NCBI GenBank assembly: GCA_963702895.1 | Contig: OY969767.1 | Span: 1,454,315-1,518,314, forward strand | DNA: 64,000 bases | Origin: an uncultured Elusimicrobia bacterium | GTDB taxonomy: Bacteria > Elusimicrobiota > Elusimicrobia > 2-01-FULL-59-12 | Direction: 5' to 3' | In this document: positions 13,385 to 22,582 of the stretch, piece by piece | How the letters are laid out: every line of letters begins with the position of its first letter | How positions within the stretch are numbered: the first letter of the stretch is position 1 | Translations under genes and position numbers: made by a program | Notes under the pieces: generated by a model | Databases searched by the model: none | Told to the model about the DNA's origin: nothing | What the model saw: the letters and a program-made list of their open reading frames with translations, nothing else

Positions 13385-13666
13385 TCAGCGGGAAGGCGCC
13401 GCGCGCTGCTGAAAGCGCGGGTCGTTGTACATCTTAAATTGACGATACACCTTGGGCTTCCACGCTCCTCGCGTCCAGGCGTCCCGGAGCGCGTCCAGCT
13501 CTGCCACCAGATCATCGCGTTGCCGCTTCATAATGGAAAGCCTCTCTCGGCTGAGCAGGCGGAGATCGTCTGCCAAGTCCTGGCGGTCGATCTGTTCCTG
13601 GATGTGATAGATCTTCAGCTCTGCGATGCATAGCTTGTCAATGAGACTGCCCATGGTTTCAGCCAT
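13385..13666 (-). CDS. DUF4254-like protein (resembles C-terminal part)
   Basis: ETMGSLIDKL.I..LKIYH...QR.DL, YRQFKMYNDP. Confidence 0.8.
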   Translation of the reverse strand: MAETMGSLIDKLCIAELKIYHIQEQIDRQDLADDLRLLSRERLSIMKRQRDDLVAELDALRDAWTRGAWKPKVYRQFKMYNDPRFQQRAAPSR

Positions 13667-13669
13667 CCT

Positions 13670-13882
13670 TCAGCTCCTCGGCTGCGCTTGGATGAAGCAT
13701 TCGTCAATCTTCTCAATCAGGTCATTGCGGGTTTGATTGAGTTGATCAATGCGCCGTTTGGCCTGGGCCACGGCGTGATCATCCGGGAGGCGGGCCTTGT
13801 CTTCCTCATGCCAAAGGTCGACGTGGGTCGCTGCCAGTTGGCTAATGAAAGCACCCAGGCGATTGGAGGTTTTTTCACTCAT
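13670..13882 (-). CDS. DUF4254-like protein (resembles N-terminal part)
   Basis: LWHEEDKAR...KRRIDQLNQTRNDLIEKID. Confidence 0.8.
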   Translation of the reverse strand: MSEKTSNRLGAFISQLAATHVDLWHEEDKARLPDDHAVAQAKRRIDQLNQTRNDLIEKIDECFIQAQPRS

Positions 13883-14457
13883 CGTTTCAGTCCTTTCCTC
13901 ATTTTGATGATCCAGTCTGCCGCGCGGGCGAAAGTCGCCGCCTGATGATCCGGTTGGACGCCCTTGTTATGGGAGGCGAAGTGACGTCCATAGCCCGTCA
14001 AGACGAGAACACCCGCGCCCCCCGTCCGTTGTCCCAAGCGAACATCGCTCCACCGGTCCCCGACACTGATACACCCCTTCCAAGACGTCTGGAAATCACG
14101 AGCCGCACGGCGCGCCATACCCAACCGAGGTTTCCGGCAACGACATCGGTCTTTGGGCTGGTGCGGACACCAGTATAACCCATCCACAGGAGCCTTGTTC
14201 TTCTTGAGCAAGTCCAGAAACCGCTTATTGACCGCATGCATCTGTCGGAGGGTGATGAAGCCGCGCGCAACGCCCGACTGGTTCGTGACGACCGCTATCT
14301 TAAACCCCGCGCGCCTCAGCCTGCGAAGCGCACGTGGCACACCGGACAAGAGCCGAACGCGGCGTGGGTCCGAAGGGTAATCCGCCTCTTCCACGAGCGT
14401 ACCATCACGGTCCAGGAGGAGCAACGGAGCGCCCTTCTTACGCGGGCTCGTTTTCAT
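13879..14457 (-). CDS. gmhB: Heptose-1,7-bisphosphate phosphatase GmhB (HAD IIIA)
   Basis: DRDGTL, TNQSG, CPH..C.CRKP, VGD..SD. Confidence 0.93.
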   Translation of the reverse strand: MKTSPRKKGAPLLLLDRDGTLVEEADYPSDPRRVRLLSGVPRALRRLRRAGFKIAVVTNQSGVARGFITLRQMHAVNKRFLDLLKKNKAPVDGLYWCPHQPKDRCRCRKPRLGMARRAARDFQTSWKGCISVGDRWSDVRLGQRTGGAGVLVLTGYGRHFASHNKGVQPDHQAATFARAADWIIKMRKGLKR

Positions 14458-15688
14458 GTCCTGCCAGGGCCTTGGCCAGGCCGATCACAAAATAGAACAT
14501 CATCATCACCACCACCGCGTTATAGGAGGTTTCTGTCACTCCGCCGAGAAAAAAACCAAGCATGGCCAGCCCCGCGCCTCGATAGAGCAGGACGTCGTAA
14601 GCATGGCGGCTTCGCCGAAAGGCGTCCCACAACTCTTTGACGAGCGCCGCAAAAAAAGCGAGGAACATGAAGAGCCCGAGCCCCCCCCGTTCGGCCATAA
14701 TGTTCACATAATTACTGTGCAGATGTCCCCAGGGCCCGGTGCGGCGATCCGCCTCGTCTTGGAAAGGCGGCGACACTTTTTTCACATTGCCCGGCCCCAC
14801 CCCGAAGAAAGGGTTTGATTGGAACAGCGAATAACCCGCCTTCCACATGTTGAGGCGATCACGATTGGAGTGGTGGGTGCTGTCCGTGATGCTGGCGGCA
14901 CGCTTGTGCAGCGTCGGGACAGAAAGAAAAACGAGCGCAAAGATGCCGCCCAAGAGGACCAAGAGCATGGAACGTTTTCGACGCGATGTCAGGATCGCCA
15001 CGATCACCATGACCGCGGCGGCAAGCCAGGGTCCTCGGCTCTGAGAGACAAGCAGCGCGCCCCCCACACTTGCTAGATAGACAAACCAGAGGAGAAGCCG
15101 CCGGCCGCTGGAGGAGAGCAGAAAACAGATCCCAAAAGCCCAGTGAAAAAGGAGGCACTCCGCGTACGTCAGTGGGTGGCTGCGGGTGCCGATCACGCGA
15201 CCGTTGACCATGGAAAGATGATCCAGAATGGGCCTGGGCCATTGCGCGATGGCGCTGGGCAGGGTGTAAAAGACCCCTCCTGATTTGTCTGACTGATTCA
15301 CACCGGTCGCAAATTGGATCAGGCCCCAGACGGCCACCAGCGCGCCAGCGGCCATAAAGATATGAAGCAATTTCTCATTTTGCCGACGAGAGACGGTCAC
15401 GGAGGCGATCAAGAGGGCGATCACCAGATAGAAATCTGTTTTCCATATCTCGCCGAGACTGCGTCGAACGTCCACCCCCGCAAAGGCTGAGACCACACTC
15501 ACCCCCAGATAGAGAAGAAAGACTTTTTCTGCCAGTCCCCACCGGGGCGGCCAGCGCAGAAGGGTCGCCCTGCCCCCCAGGAGCCAGACGGCCAACAAAG
15601 GGAAAAAAACAAGATTGGTGGCCGCAATCGAAATCGGGGTGACGAAGGCCAAAGCGTTCATGCCGTAAATGAAGATCTGTTCAAACAC
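14438..15688 (-). CDS. O-antigen ligase (WaaL/Wzy_C) family protein
   Basis: Multi-TM, SQSRG, R..MW..G...FFGVGPGN, HLHS.Y...AERG. Confidence 0.88.
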   Translation of the reverse strand: MFEQIFIYGMNALAFVTPISIAATNLVFFPLLAVWLLGGRATLLRWPPRWGLAEKVFLLYLGVSVVSAFAGVDVRRSLGEIWKTDFYLVIALLIASVTVSRRQNEKLLHIFMAAGALVAVWGLIQFATGVNQSDKSGGVFYTLPSAIAQWPRPILDHLSMVNGRVIGTRSHPLTYAECLLFHWAFGICFLLSSSGRRLLLWFVYLASVGGALLVSQSRGPWLAAAVMVIVAILTSRRKRSMLLVLLGGIFALVFLSVPTLHKRAASITDSTHHSNRDRLNMWKAGYSLFQSNPFFGVGPGNVKKVSPPFQDEADRRTGPWGHLHSNYVNIMAERGGLGLFMFLAFFAALVKELWDAFRRSRHAYDVLLYRGAGLAMLGFFLGGVTETSYNAVVVMMMFYFVIGLAKALAGHENEPA

Positions 15689-16824
15689 CGGAGAGTTTCC
15701 TCACCAGAACAATCAGTTTTTTCCAGTGTTCCTCGCCTTCCGTGAAGACGAGGTCCATGCGCAACGCGAAGGCTGGCAGCAGGAGACTCCCGCCGGTGCC
15801 CCAGCGCATGGCGTCTTTTTCGGTCATGACAATCCACTCCGCCTCCCGTCGATTCTTGGCGACCCATGCGCGTATATCCTCCGTACGGCCGGAATGGTCC
15901 GCCAAGCTCAGCGAAGCCACCACCTTGGCGCCGAGCTCTCGAAGCATATGCTCAAAGGCCTGCGGGTTGCCGATCGCCGAAACCGCCATGATTCGTTTGC
16001 CCCGCAGGTGCGACAAGGGGAGGATGGTCTGATGCTGCAACGCCGTCAAGAAGCGAGGTTGATGCTGACTCTCGAGCAGCACGGACGAAGGCTGCATGTG
16101 ACTCGTCACTTCCGCTCGGAGGACCGCCAGCCGATCGGGACCAATGAGGCCTGTTCGTGTTAAAACAACAGCATCCGCACGGCGAAGGGCCTGCGGCGGC
16201 TCACGGAGCAGTCCCGCGGGCAAAAGTCTTCCTCCACCCCAAGGATCGGTCACGTCCACGACCACAATGTTGATATCTTTCTGGAGGCGGTGATGCTGGA
16301 AACCATCATCCATCACAAAACAGTCGATCGAATGATTCTTAAGAATACTGATTCCCCACCTTGTAGCGGTCTGCTCCCACCCCGACACAGGCCCCTGGCA
16401 GGCGGTGTGAGAGCTCCATGGCTTCATCGCCAGCTTCCGCAACACCCGCCAGCATATGCTCCGCGTCCCGCACAACCACCAGGTCCCGCTTTTTCTTTTC
16501 GCGCTTATAGCCGCGTAGAAGAACGGCCGGCTTGAGGCCCGCCGCAAGAAGATCGTTCGTAAGCCTGATGACGAGTGGTGTCTTGCCAGTGCCGCCTACG
16601 GTAATATTACCAACACAAATCGTGGGGAGCGGCAGCCGTTTGACATGGAAGAGGCCATGCCGATAAGCAAGCTCCCGACCTTTGACACCCACCCCATAGC
16701 CCCAGCTGCCAAGGCGAGCAAAGCGCCTCACAGACTCCGACAGGAGGTCTTGTCGATGGCCACGCAAAACTTCCTCCCACCAGGGCAGGTTGTGACGCCG
16801 TCTTTCTTTCGCTGTGATTTCCAT
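15681..16824 (-). pseudogene. lpxK: Tetraacyldisaccharide 4'-kinase LpxK, split by one extra base at about 16354-16357 (possibly a sequencing error)
   Basis: N-half (VGNITVGGTGKTP, GDEA, GADR) and C-half (DDGFQH, LLPAGLLRE, AIGNP, TEKD) lie in different frames; removing one G from GTGGGGAATC restores V-G-I-S-I-L. Confidence 0.9.
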
Positions 16825-16829
16825 GGAAC

Positions 16830-17840
16830 TCAGGCCCCTACCCCAGCCTGCCTCACCAGTTGCTCCGCTTCCTGAAAAACCGACTGCGGCGTGAGGGCCG
16901 CCATACATTCATGCCCAAATGAACATTCATTAAGATTGCAACCGAGGCACTGAAGACCTGGTGCTGAAAGTGCCCGATGTTTCGGGCCACCGGGATTCCA
17001 GGCGACGGGGTCGGTTGGCCCGTAAAGCGTGACCGTGGGAGTCCCCACGGCCACTGCCATGTGCATGGGACCATTATCGTTGGTCACCACCAGGCGGCAA
17101 TGCTCAAGCAAAGCAGCCATTTCCCTGAGCGTCGTTCTGGGGATCATCTGACTACCAGGACACTCCCGGGCGATGTCTAGCACATAGTCTTCCTCCCCAG
17201 GTCCCCAAAACAGCCACACCGGCGCTTGTTGGGCCGCGTACATCCCGGCAAGAACTCGAAAAGAAGAACTGGACCAACGCCTCGATGGTCTTCGATGGGT
17301 CGGGATCAGGCCCACGATATGGCGAGAACCCGGGGGCTGTTTCAAAATACCCGCGGCCCAGCGCCGCTCAGAATCCGTAAGAAAGAATGTTCGCTCCCCT
17401 GCTCCAGCGACAAGCGGGAAAAGAGACCTGAGAAGGCTCATCTTGCCTTCGGTGGCAGAGACCCCCTGGCCAGGGCGCCGGACCGTCCGGTCCAGAAGGT
17501 GTCCCCAGAACGTGACCTTGTAGCCTGCCCGCACCCCGGCGTTGCTAAACAAGCCACAAAGAATCGAACGCGGAGAACTTTGGAAATCAAAAATAAGATC
17601 GTATCGCGCACGCCGCAGCTCGCGACAGGTGTTCCAGGGTGACGAACGGTGATAGACGCGCACCGCATGGAGAAAAGGGTTGTTCTCAAGAAGAGGTGCA
17701 AAGGGCGGGTCCACCAGGAAGTCAATCGAAGCTTCAGGAAAGGCCTTCTTGAGGGCGGACAAGACAGGCGTCGTCACCAGGACATCTCCCGCCCGCTTGA
17801 GCTGAATCACCAGGATGTTCTTCGGATCAGTCATCGTCAC
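16830..17840 (-). CDS. GT9 LPS heptosyltransferase-family protein
   Basis: ILVIQLKRAGDV, NDNGPMHMAVAVGTPTV.LYGPT. Confidence 0.92.
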   Translation of the reverse strand: MTMTDPKNILVIQLKRAGDVLVTTPVLSALKKAFPEASIDFLVDPPFAPLLENNPFLHAVRVYHRSSPWNTCRELRRARYDLIFDFQSSPRSILCGLFSNAGVRAGYKVTFWGHLLDRTVRRPGQGVSATEGKMSLLRSLFPLVAGAGERTFFLTDSERRWAAGILKQPPGSRHIVGLIPTHRRPSRRWSSSSFRVLAGMYAAQQAPVWLFWGPGEEDYVLDIARECPGSQMIPRTTLREMAALLEHCRLVVTNDNGPMHMAVAVGTPTVTLYGPTDPVAWNPGGPKHRALSAPGLQCLGCNLNECSFGHECMAALTPQSVFQEAEQLVRQAGVGA

Positions 17841-18036
17841 GTGTCAAGGCCATGCCCTGCCCCTCCCTCAAGAAAAACTCACCCCTCCAAAAGCCTTGTT
17901 GAAATGCTTCGGACTGACCGATCGATTCAGATTGATCCATAATTCGCATACATTTGTTTACATGACTATTTTTTACTTGCGTGCCACACGTTCCGGGGCT
18001 AGAGTTGGCGCGTCCCCCAGCAGGGGACCCAAAACC

Positions 18037-18219
18037 ATGAAACCTCATAAGAAAAAGAAGCCCCAAGATGAGCTCAACACCGAGGACGATGGTCGAGTTA
18101 TCCCGTTCGAAGCTCTGGCGGAACTCACTTCCAGCGATGTCATTGCCCAGGTTAAACGCGGAATGAGCGCCATTGAACCCATCGATCTCGAGGACGAGTT
18201 CAAAGAAGACGCCGCCTGA
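18037..18219 (+). CDS. Small hypothetical protein (60 aa, basic N-terminus, acidic body)
   Basis: Only ORF filling the gap between two GT9 genes; AGGGGA upstream; MKPHKKKK...EDEFKEDAA. Confidence 0.55.
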   Translation: MKPHKKKKPQDELNTEDDGRVIPFEALAELTSSDVIAQVKRGMSAIEPIDLEDEFKEDAA

Positions 18220-19228
18220 TCGCTTTCCGTCCGGCTTCCAGGACTTCGTCCACGGACACCACGGATAGATCCTCTCTTATTGATCCATCTTCCCCAACGC
18301 TGGGTCCCACGAGCACCCGATGCGTCATGTCCTGCTCCACATAAGCAGGGTAGGGCCCCCAACGCCTGGGATGGCATGTGGGCAGCGTGGAATAGACCGA
18401 GACGGTAGGCGTTCCCACGGCAACCGCCAAATGCAAGGGTCCGGTGGAGTTGCTCACCAAGAGATCCGCCCAGCTGTAGAGCGCGGCAAGCTCCCGAAGG
18501 CTCACGCTTCCAGCGGCCATAAAGACCGGGATCCTGTGCATTTGGTCAATCATGATGGATTGATAGTTTTCGCCCGGTCCCCCGGTCACGATCACTTGTG
18601 CGCCTTGTTCCTGAAGCGCGTCCCCCAACTTCATAAAATGCTGGAGCGGCCAGCGGGCGGAGGATCCTCCGGACCCAGGGTGCAGCATGACGATGGGCCT
18701 CTCGAGAGAAACACGGTGAGATTCAAGGGTCTTCCGGGCGGTTTCTTTTTCGATCGGCGTGAGTTCGAAGCGTGTCGGAACGCGCCGAAAGGGCACGCCG
18801 AGGGGCCCTAACAAATCGAGGTTAAAGTCCGCCTCGTGCTTTTGTCCCTGCGACCGGTGCTGCCAAAGACGGCGGTTGAAGAAAAGCGAATACCATTTGC
18901 TGGCCGGTCCGATCCGCAGAGGAACACCCGCCCACCAGATGGCCCAGCTGACACGCCACCGCGGATAGGCGACAATGGCAGCATCAAAGTGACGCGAACG
19001 GATACGCCGCGCAAGCTCATGGGCGGAGCCCCCATCGTCCAGCAGGACTTCGTCCACATCGGGGTTATGCTCGAGGAGTGGGGCGGCATAAGGACGCACG
19101 AGCCATGAGATTTTGGCCTCCGGGGAGGCCGCGCGGAGAGCCCGGGAAACGGGTGTCGTCAGAAGGACGTCCCCGAGCCGGTCGGTGCGCGCGATGAGAA
19201 TATTCTTGGCTGGAAGACGAGTCTGCAT
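18200..19228 (-). CDS. GT9 LPS heptosyltransferase-family protein
   Basis: ILIARTDRLGDV, HPGSGGS, NSTGPLHLAVAVG. Confidence 0.92.
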   Translation of the reverse strand: MQTRLPAKNILIARTDRLGDVLLTTPVSRALRAASPEAKISWLVRPYAAPLLEHNPDVDEVLLDDGGSAHELARRIRSRHFDAAIVAYPRWRVSWAIWWAGVPLRIGPASKWYSLFFNRRLWQHRSQGQKHEADFNLDLLGPLGVPFRRVPTRFELTPIEKETARKTLESHRVSLERPIVMLHPGSGGSSARWPLQHFMKLGDALQEQGAQVIVTGGPGENYQSIMIDQMHRIPVFMAAGSVSLRELAALYSWADLLVSNSTGPLHLAVAVGTPTVSVYSTLPTCHPRRWGPYPAYVEQDMTHRVLVGPSVGEDGSIREDLSVVSVDEVLEAGRKAIRRRLL

Positions 19229-19233
19229 CGCGG

Positions 19234-19986
19234 CTACGCCCCACCCTTTTCCATTTCCTTGAGCTTGATCGACCTCAGCCACGCCGCGTGAGCCGAGAGC
19301 GCCGCATAAGTCAGCCCCGCGTGACCATCGAGCCAGGCCCCATGGAGGACAATACGGTTCAAGAGTTCCCACCCCGGCCGCAAATGCTGCCAGAAGGAGA
19401 ATCGCTTTCCTTCCTTCCATCTTTGGCGGGCAGCCAGTGCCGTGTAGACCGGGATTTTCTGGAGGTAGTCATCGAGTGAGGCATAGGAAAAATGATCGAG
19501 ATGTCCTCTCAGACGGCCGGTCTTGCCGGAGACGACGACCCGCTCATGGACTTCGCGAGGCTCGTATCGCCCTTGGTTCCTCCGAAAAAACCGCAGCACC
19601 CAGTCATGCCCGACACCACCGAACCGAAGACGCTGGCCGAGAAAATACAGATGGCGTTTGAGATAGTAGCCATCAAGCCCCCGGGATGGGCGGGCTGCCT
19701 GCCTGAGGGCCTCGGCCAGATCCGGGCTCACACGCTCGTCCGCATCAATGGAAAGAACCCATTCGCCAAGACATTGGTCCAGGGCAAACTGCTTTTGAGA
19801 GCCATAGCCCATCATCTTTCTCGAAAAGACCTTCGCCCCCCGCTCCTTCGCCAGCGCCACGGTGCGATCGGAGGATTCATCATCGACCACCACGAGTTCA
19901 TCGGCCAGCCCCTTGAGGCTGTCCAGACACCCTGGAAGGTCCCGCTCTTCGTTCTTCGTGATGATATACGCGCTGATTGGAGTCAC
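19234..19986 (-). CDS. GT2 glycosyltransferase (KdtX/WaaE-like)
   Basis: IITKNEE..L..CL, VDDES.D.T, IDADE, VHE. Confidence 0.92.
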   Translation of the reverse strand: MTPISAYIITKNEERDLPGCLDSLKGLADELVVVDDESSDRTVALAKERGAKVFSRKMMGYGSQKQFALDQCLGEWVLSIDADERVSPDLAEALRQAARPSRGLDGYYLKRHLYFLGQRLRFGGVGHDWVLRFFRRNQGRYEPREVHERVVVSGKTGRLRGHLDHFSYASLDDYLQKIPVYTALAARQRWKEGKRFSFWQHLRPGWELLNRIVLHGAWLDGHAGLTYAALSAHAAWLRSIKLKEMEKGGA

Positions 19987-20033
19987 CTTCGCCTTCCTTT
20001 CATGGGACCGGACTCGACGGAAATTATATTAGA

Positions 20034-21086
20034 TCAGAGACTGGACAGGGCTTCCTGATAGATGCGAAGCGTTCTCTCGACAAAGTGTTCCATCGAAAAA
20101 TGTCGTTTGACGCGCGACCAAGCGGAGTCCCCCATGGATCTCGCTTTCGCCGGCTCATGCAGGAGCCGCGCGATGGCGGAGGCCAGAGCCGGCGCGTCTT
20201 CTGGATCGACCAGATACCCCGTGACGCCCTCTTGAACGATTTCAGGGAGGCAGCCCACCCGGGTGGCTACCACGGGACGGCCGGCCGCCATCCATTCCAG
20301 CGCGACGCGCGAAACCGCTTCGCTTCCAGTCGAAGGAATAACGCCTATCGTACAATCCGACATGCAGGCATCGACCTCGCGCTGGAAACCGAGGAATTCA
20401 ACCTGAGGATCAACCCGCAATCGTTGGGCGATCTTCTGCAGATCGCGCAGCTTAATATTTTCTTCCTGGCCTGCCACCAGGAGGCGCAATCCGGGATAGG
20501 TGCCTCTCAAGAGGGAGAGCGCCTCGATGAGATAGCGGTGGCCTTTCACAGGATCCAGCCGCGCGACGATGCCGAGCTTAGGCTCCTTGGGAAATTCTTT
20601 GGGCATGGCGCGAGAGAGTTCGACGCCCTGATAGACGGTCAAAACCTTTTTCGGCTGGATCTCCAAATCGCGGATCAACGAATCTCGAATATAGCCTGCG
20701 GCACTGATCACGCGCTGCGTTCGGTGATAGAGCAGTTGTCGGCCGGGCCGTTTTCGAATGGCCCGGGCATCCGAACGCGTCCGCACCACCGCCACCGGTT
20801 GCCCCAGGGCCGCGGCGACCGCAAGACTGTGGGTGCTCCCTGTATGAGCGTTCAGAACTTGGATGCCATGATCGGACACAAACCGCCTGAGCGCCGTGAG
20901 ATTTCTGAGCTTGATCATCGGCAGGGTTTTGAGGCCCAGGCGATGCGCTTTATGCCAGGGTTTCTCCCCGGGAAGGGCCGAGACAAACACTTGGTGTCCC
21001 TTCTTTTTCTGTCCCTGGGCAAGAACGAGCGCGTAATGCGCCAGTCCCGAGTCCCAGGGAACATCGATGAGATGCATGATTTTCAT
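20034..21086 (-). CDS. GT4 glycosyltransferase
   Basis: ARLDPVKGH, PS..SE...RVALEWMAAGRPVVAT.VG. Confidence 0.92.
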   Translation of the reverse strand: MKIMHLIDVPWDSGLAHYALVLAQGQKKKGHQVFVSALPGEKPWHKAHRLGLKTLPMIKLRNLTALRRFVSDHGIQVLNAHTGSTHSLAVAAALGQPVAVVRTRSDARAIRKRPGRQLLYHRTQRVISAAGYIRDSLIRDLEIQPKKVLTVYQGVELSRAMPKEFPKEPKLGIVARLDPVKGHRYLIEALSLLRGTYPGLRLLVAGQEENIKLRDLQKIAQRLRVDPQVEFLGFQREVDACMSDCTIGVIPSTGSEAVSRVALEWMAAGRPVVATRVGCLPEIVQEGVTGYLVDPEDAPALASAIARLLHEPAKARSMGDSAWSRVKRHFSMEHFVERTLRIYQEALSSL

Positions 21087-22582
21087 CGCGGTCCTGTCAG
21101 GGGAGAGGCAAGGGCTTTCGACCATTGGGTCTTGAGGGCCTGAAAAACCTCCTCTGGCGTGATCTGTTTCATGCAATCAAAATGCCCCAGAGGACAGCGC
21201 TGGGCGCCATGAAGACTGCACGGACGGCAGGGAAGGTCCTTTTCGATGACGATATGGCCGGACCCATAAGGGAAGAACCCCAGTTCTTTGGTCGTGGGAC
21301 CAAAAACAGCGACGGTGGGCACGCGCGCCGCCACGGCCACATGCATGGGCCCTGAATCGTTGGTGAGAAACGCCTGACACCGTGCAATCACAGCGATCAG
21401 CTCCTTGAGAGAGGTCTTTCCAACCCAGTTGAGCGGCTTTTGATGCATCATGGAAAGGACACGTTCCATGATCTGCCCGTCCTTGGGGCCACCGACAAAG
21501 ACCACCTTAGCCCCCAGCTCTTCGATAAGGCGGTCCGCCACCGCCGCAAAGCCTTCGGCAAGCCAGCGCTTCGTCGCCCAGACCGATCCCGCGTGGATGC
21601 CAACGAGCGAATCGAACGGCCGCACGGCACTTTCGTTCAGGCGTTTGGAGACCCGCTCTGCCGCCTCAGGCTCTGCCTTGATCCAAAGGTCGCTGCCCGT
21701 GTGCTCCACGCCGAATGCTTTTAAGAGCGCGAGATTCCTTTCGACATCATGGACACCCCAGCGAAAAGGCACGACATCCGTAAGGAGAAACCTCCCCTGA
21801 CTGGCAGAAAATCCCACGCGCCGGGGGATGACCGCAAGCCATGCGATCAGGGCGCTCGTCAGAGAGCGGTGCGGAATGATCGCCAGATCAAAGTGACGCG
21901 CCCTGAGCTGCTGGATGAGCCTCCATTTGGCAAACCACGAACGCTCTTTTCCACGCTTGTCCAGGAGGATGATCTCGGAAAGCGCCCGGCAGGATGTGAA
22001 GACATCTTTCACTTCTGGCGTGCATAAAAGCACAAGACCGCTCTGCGGGAATTGCTCGTGAAGGGCCTCGAGCAAAGGGGTCGTTAAGACCGCATCGCCC
22101 AGGAAGGCCGTCTGGATAATGAGGATCTGGCCCGGCGGGGCAGAAAGTGTCACAGCGGAGCCGCCCTCCAACTTGTGAAGGGCGTCCATGTAGCGTTCGA
22201 GGGTATGTTCTTTCAGGGATTGGCTGTCCCAACGCCAGCGCACAAACAGGCGCCGCGCCAGAGCCGCCTTGCGATAGCGGGCGACGCGCGTTGCGCCCGA
22301 GAACATCGTCACCAGGCGCGACCGGAAATTGGCATGGAGGTCAAGCACGCCATCAAAACCCGCTTTCCGTATCCTCTGACAGAGGCCGAGGAGCGGTTCT
22401 TTTTCTCGGAACGTGATGATCTCGTTGAGGGAGGTTTCTTCCCGCAGCAGCTCCGCATAAGCCTCTTTCACCAGCATGGCGATAAAGGCCTGGGGATAGC
22501 TCGCGCGGAGCCGTTTGAGGACCGGCACCGTCAGGACGATATCACCCAGAGAAGAGAGCCGGATGACAAGGATCTTACGCAT
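21083..22582 (-). CDS. waaF: LPS heptosyltransferase II-like GT9 with duplicated N-terminal domain
   Basis: Two N-domain starts (ILVIRLSSLGDIV; ILIIQTAFLGDAV) followed by one C-domain (TKRW, NDSGPMHVA, FGPT). Confidence 0.85.
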   Translation of the reverse strand: MRKILVIRLSSLGDIVLTVPVLKRLRASYPQAFIAMLVKEAYAELLREETSLNEIITFREKEPLLGLCQRIRKAGFDGVLDLHANFRSRLVTMFSGATRVARYRKAALARRLFVRWRWDSQSLKEHTLERYMDALHKLEGGSAVTLSAPPGQILIIQTAFLGDAVLTTPLLEALHEQFPQSGLVLLCTPEVKDVFTSCRALSEIILLDKRGKERSWFAKWRLIQQLRARHFDLAIIPHRSLTSALIAWLAVIPRRVGFSASQGRFLLTDVVPFRWGVHDVERNLALLKAFGVEHTGSDLWIKAEPEAAERVSKRLNESAVRPFDSLVGIHAGSVWATKRWLAEGFAAVADRLIEELGAKVVFVGGPKDGQIMERVLSMMHQKPLNWVGKTSLKELIAVIARCQAFLTNDSGPMHVAVAARVPTVAVFGPTTKELGFFPYGSGHIVIEKDLPCRPCSLHGAQRCPLGHFDCMKQITPEEVFQALKTQWSKALASPLTGPR

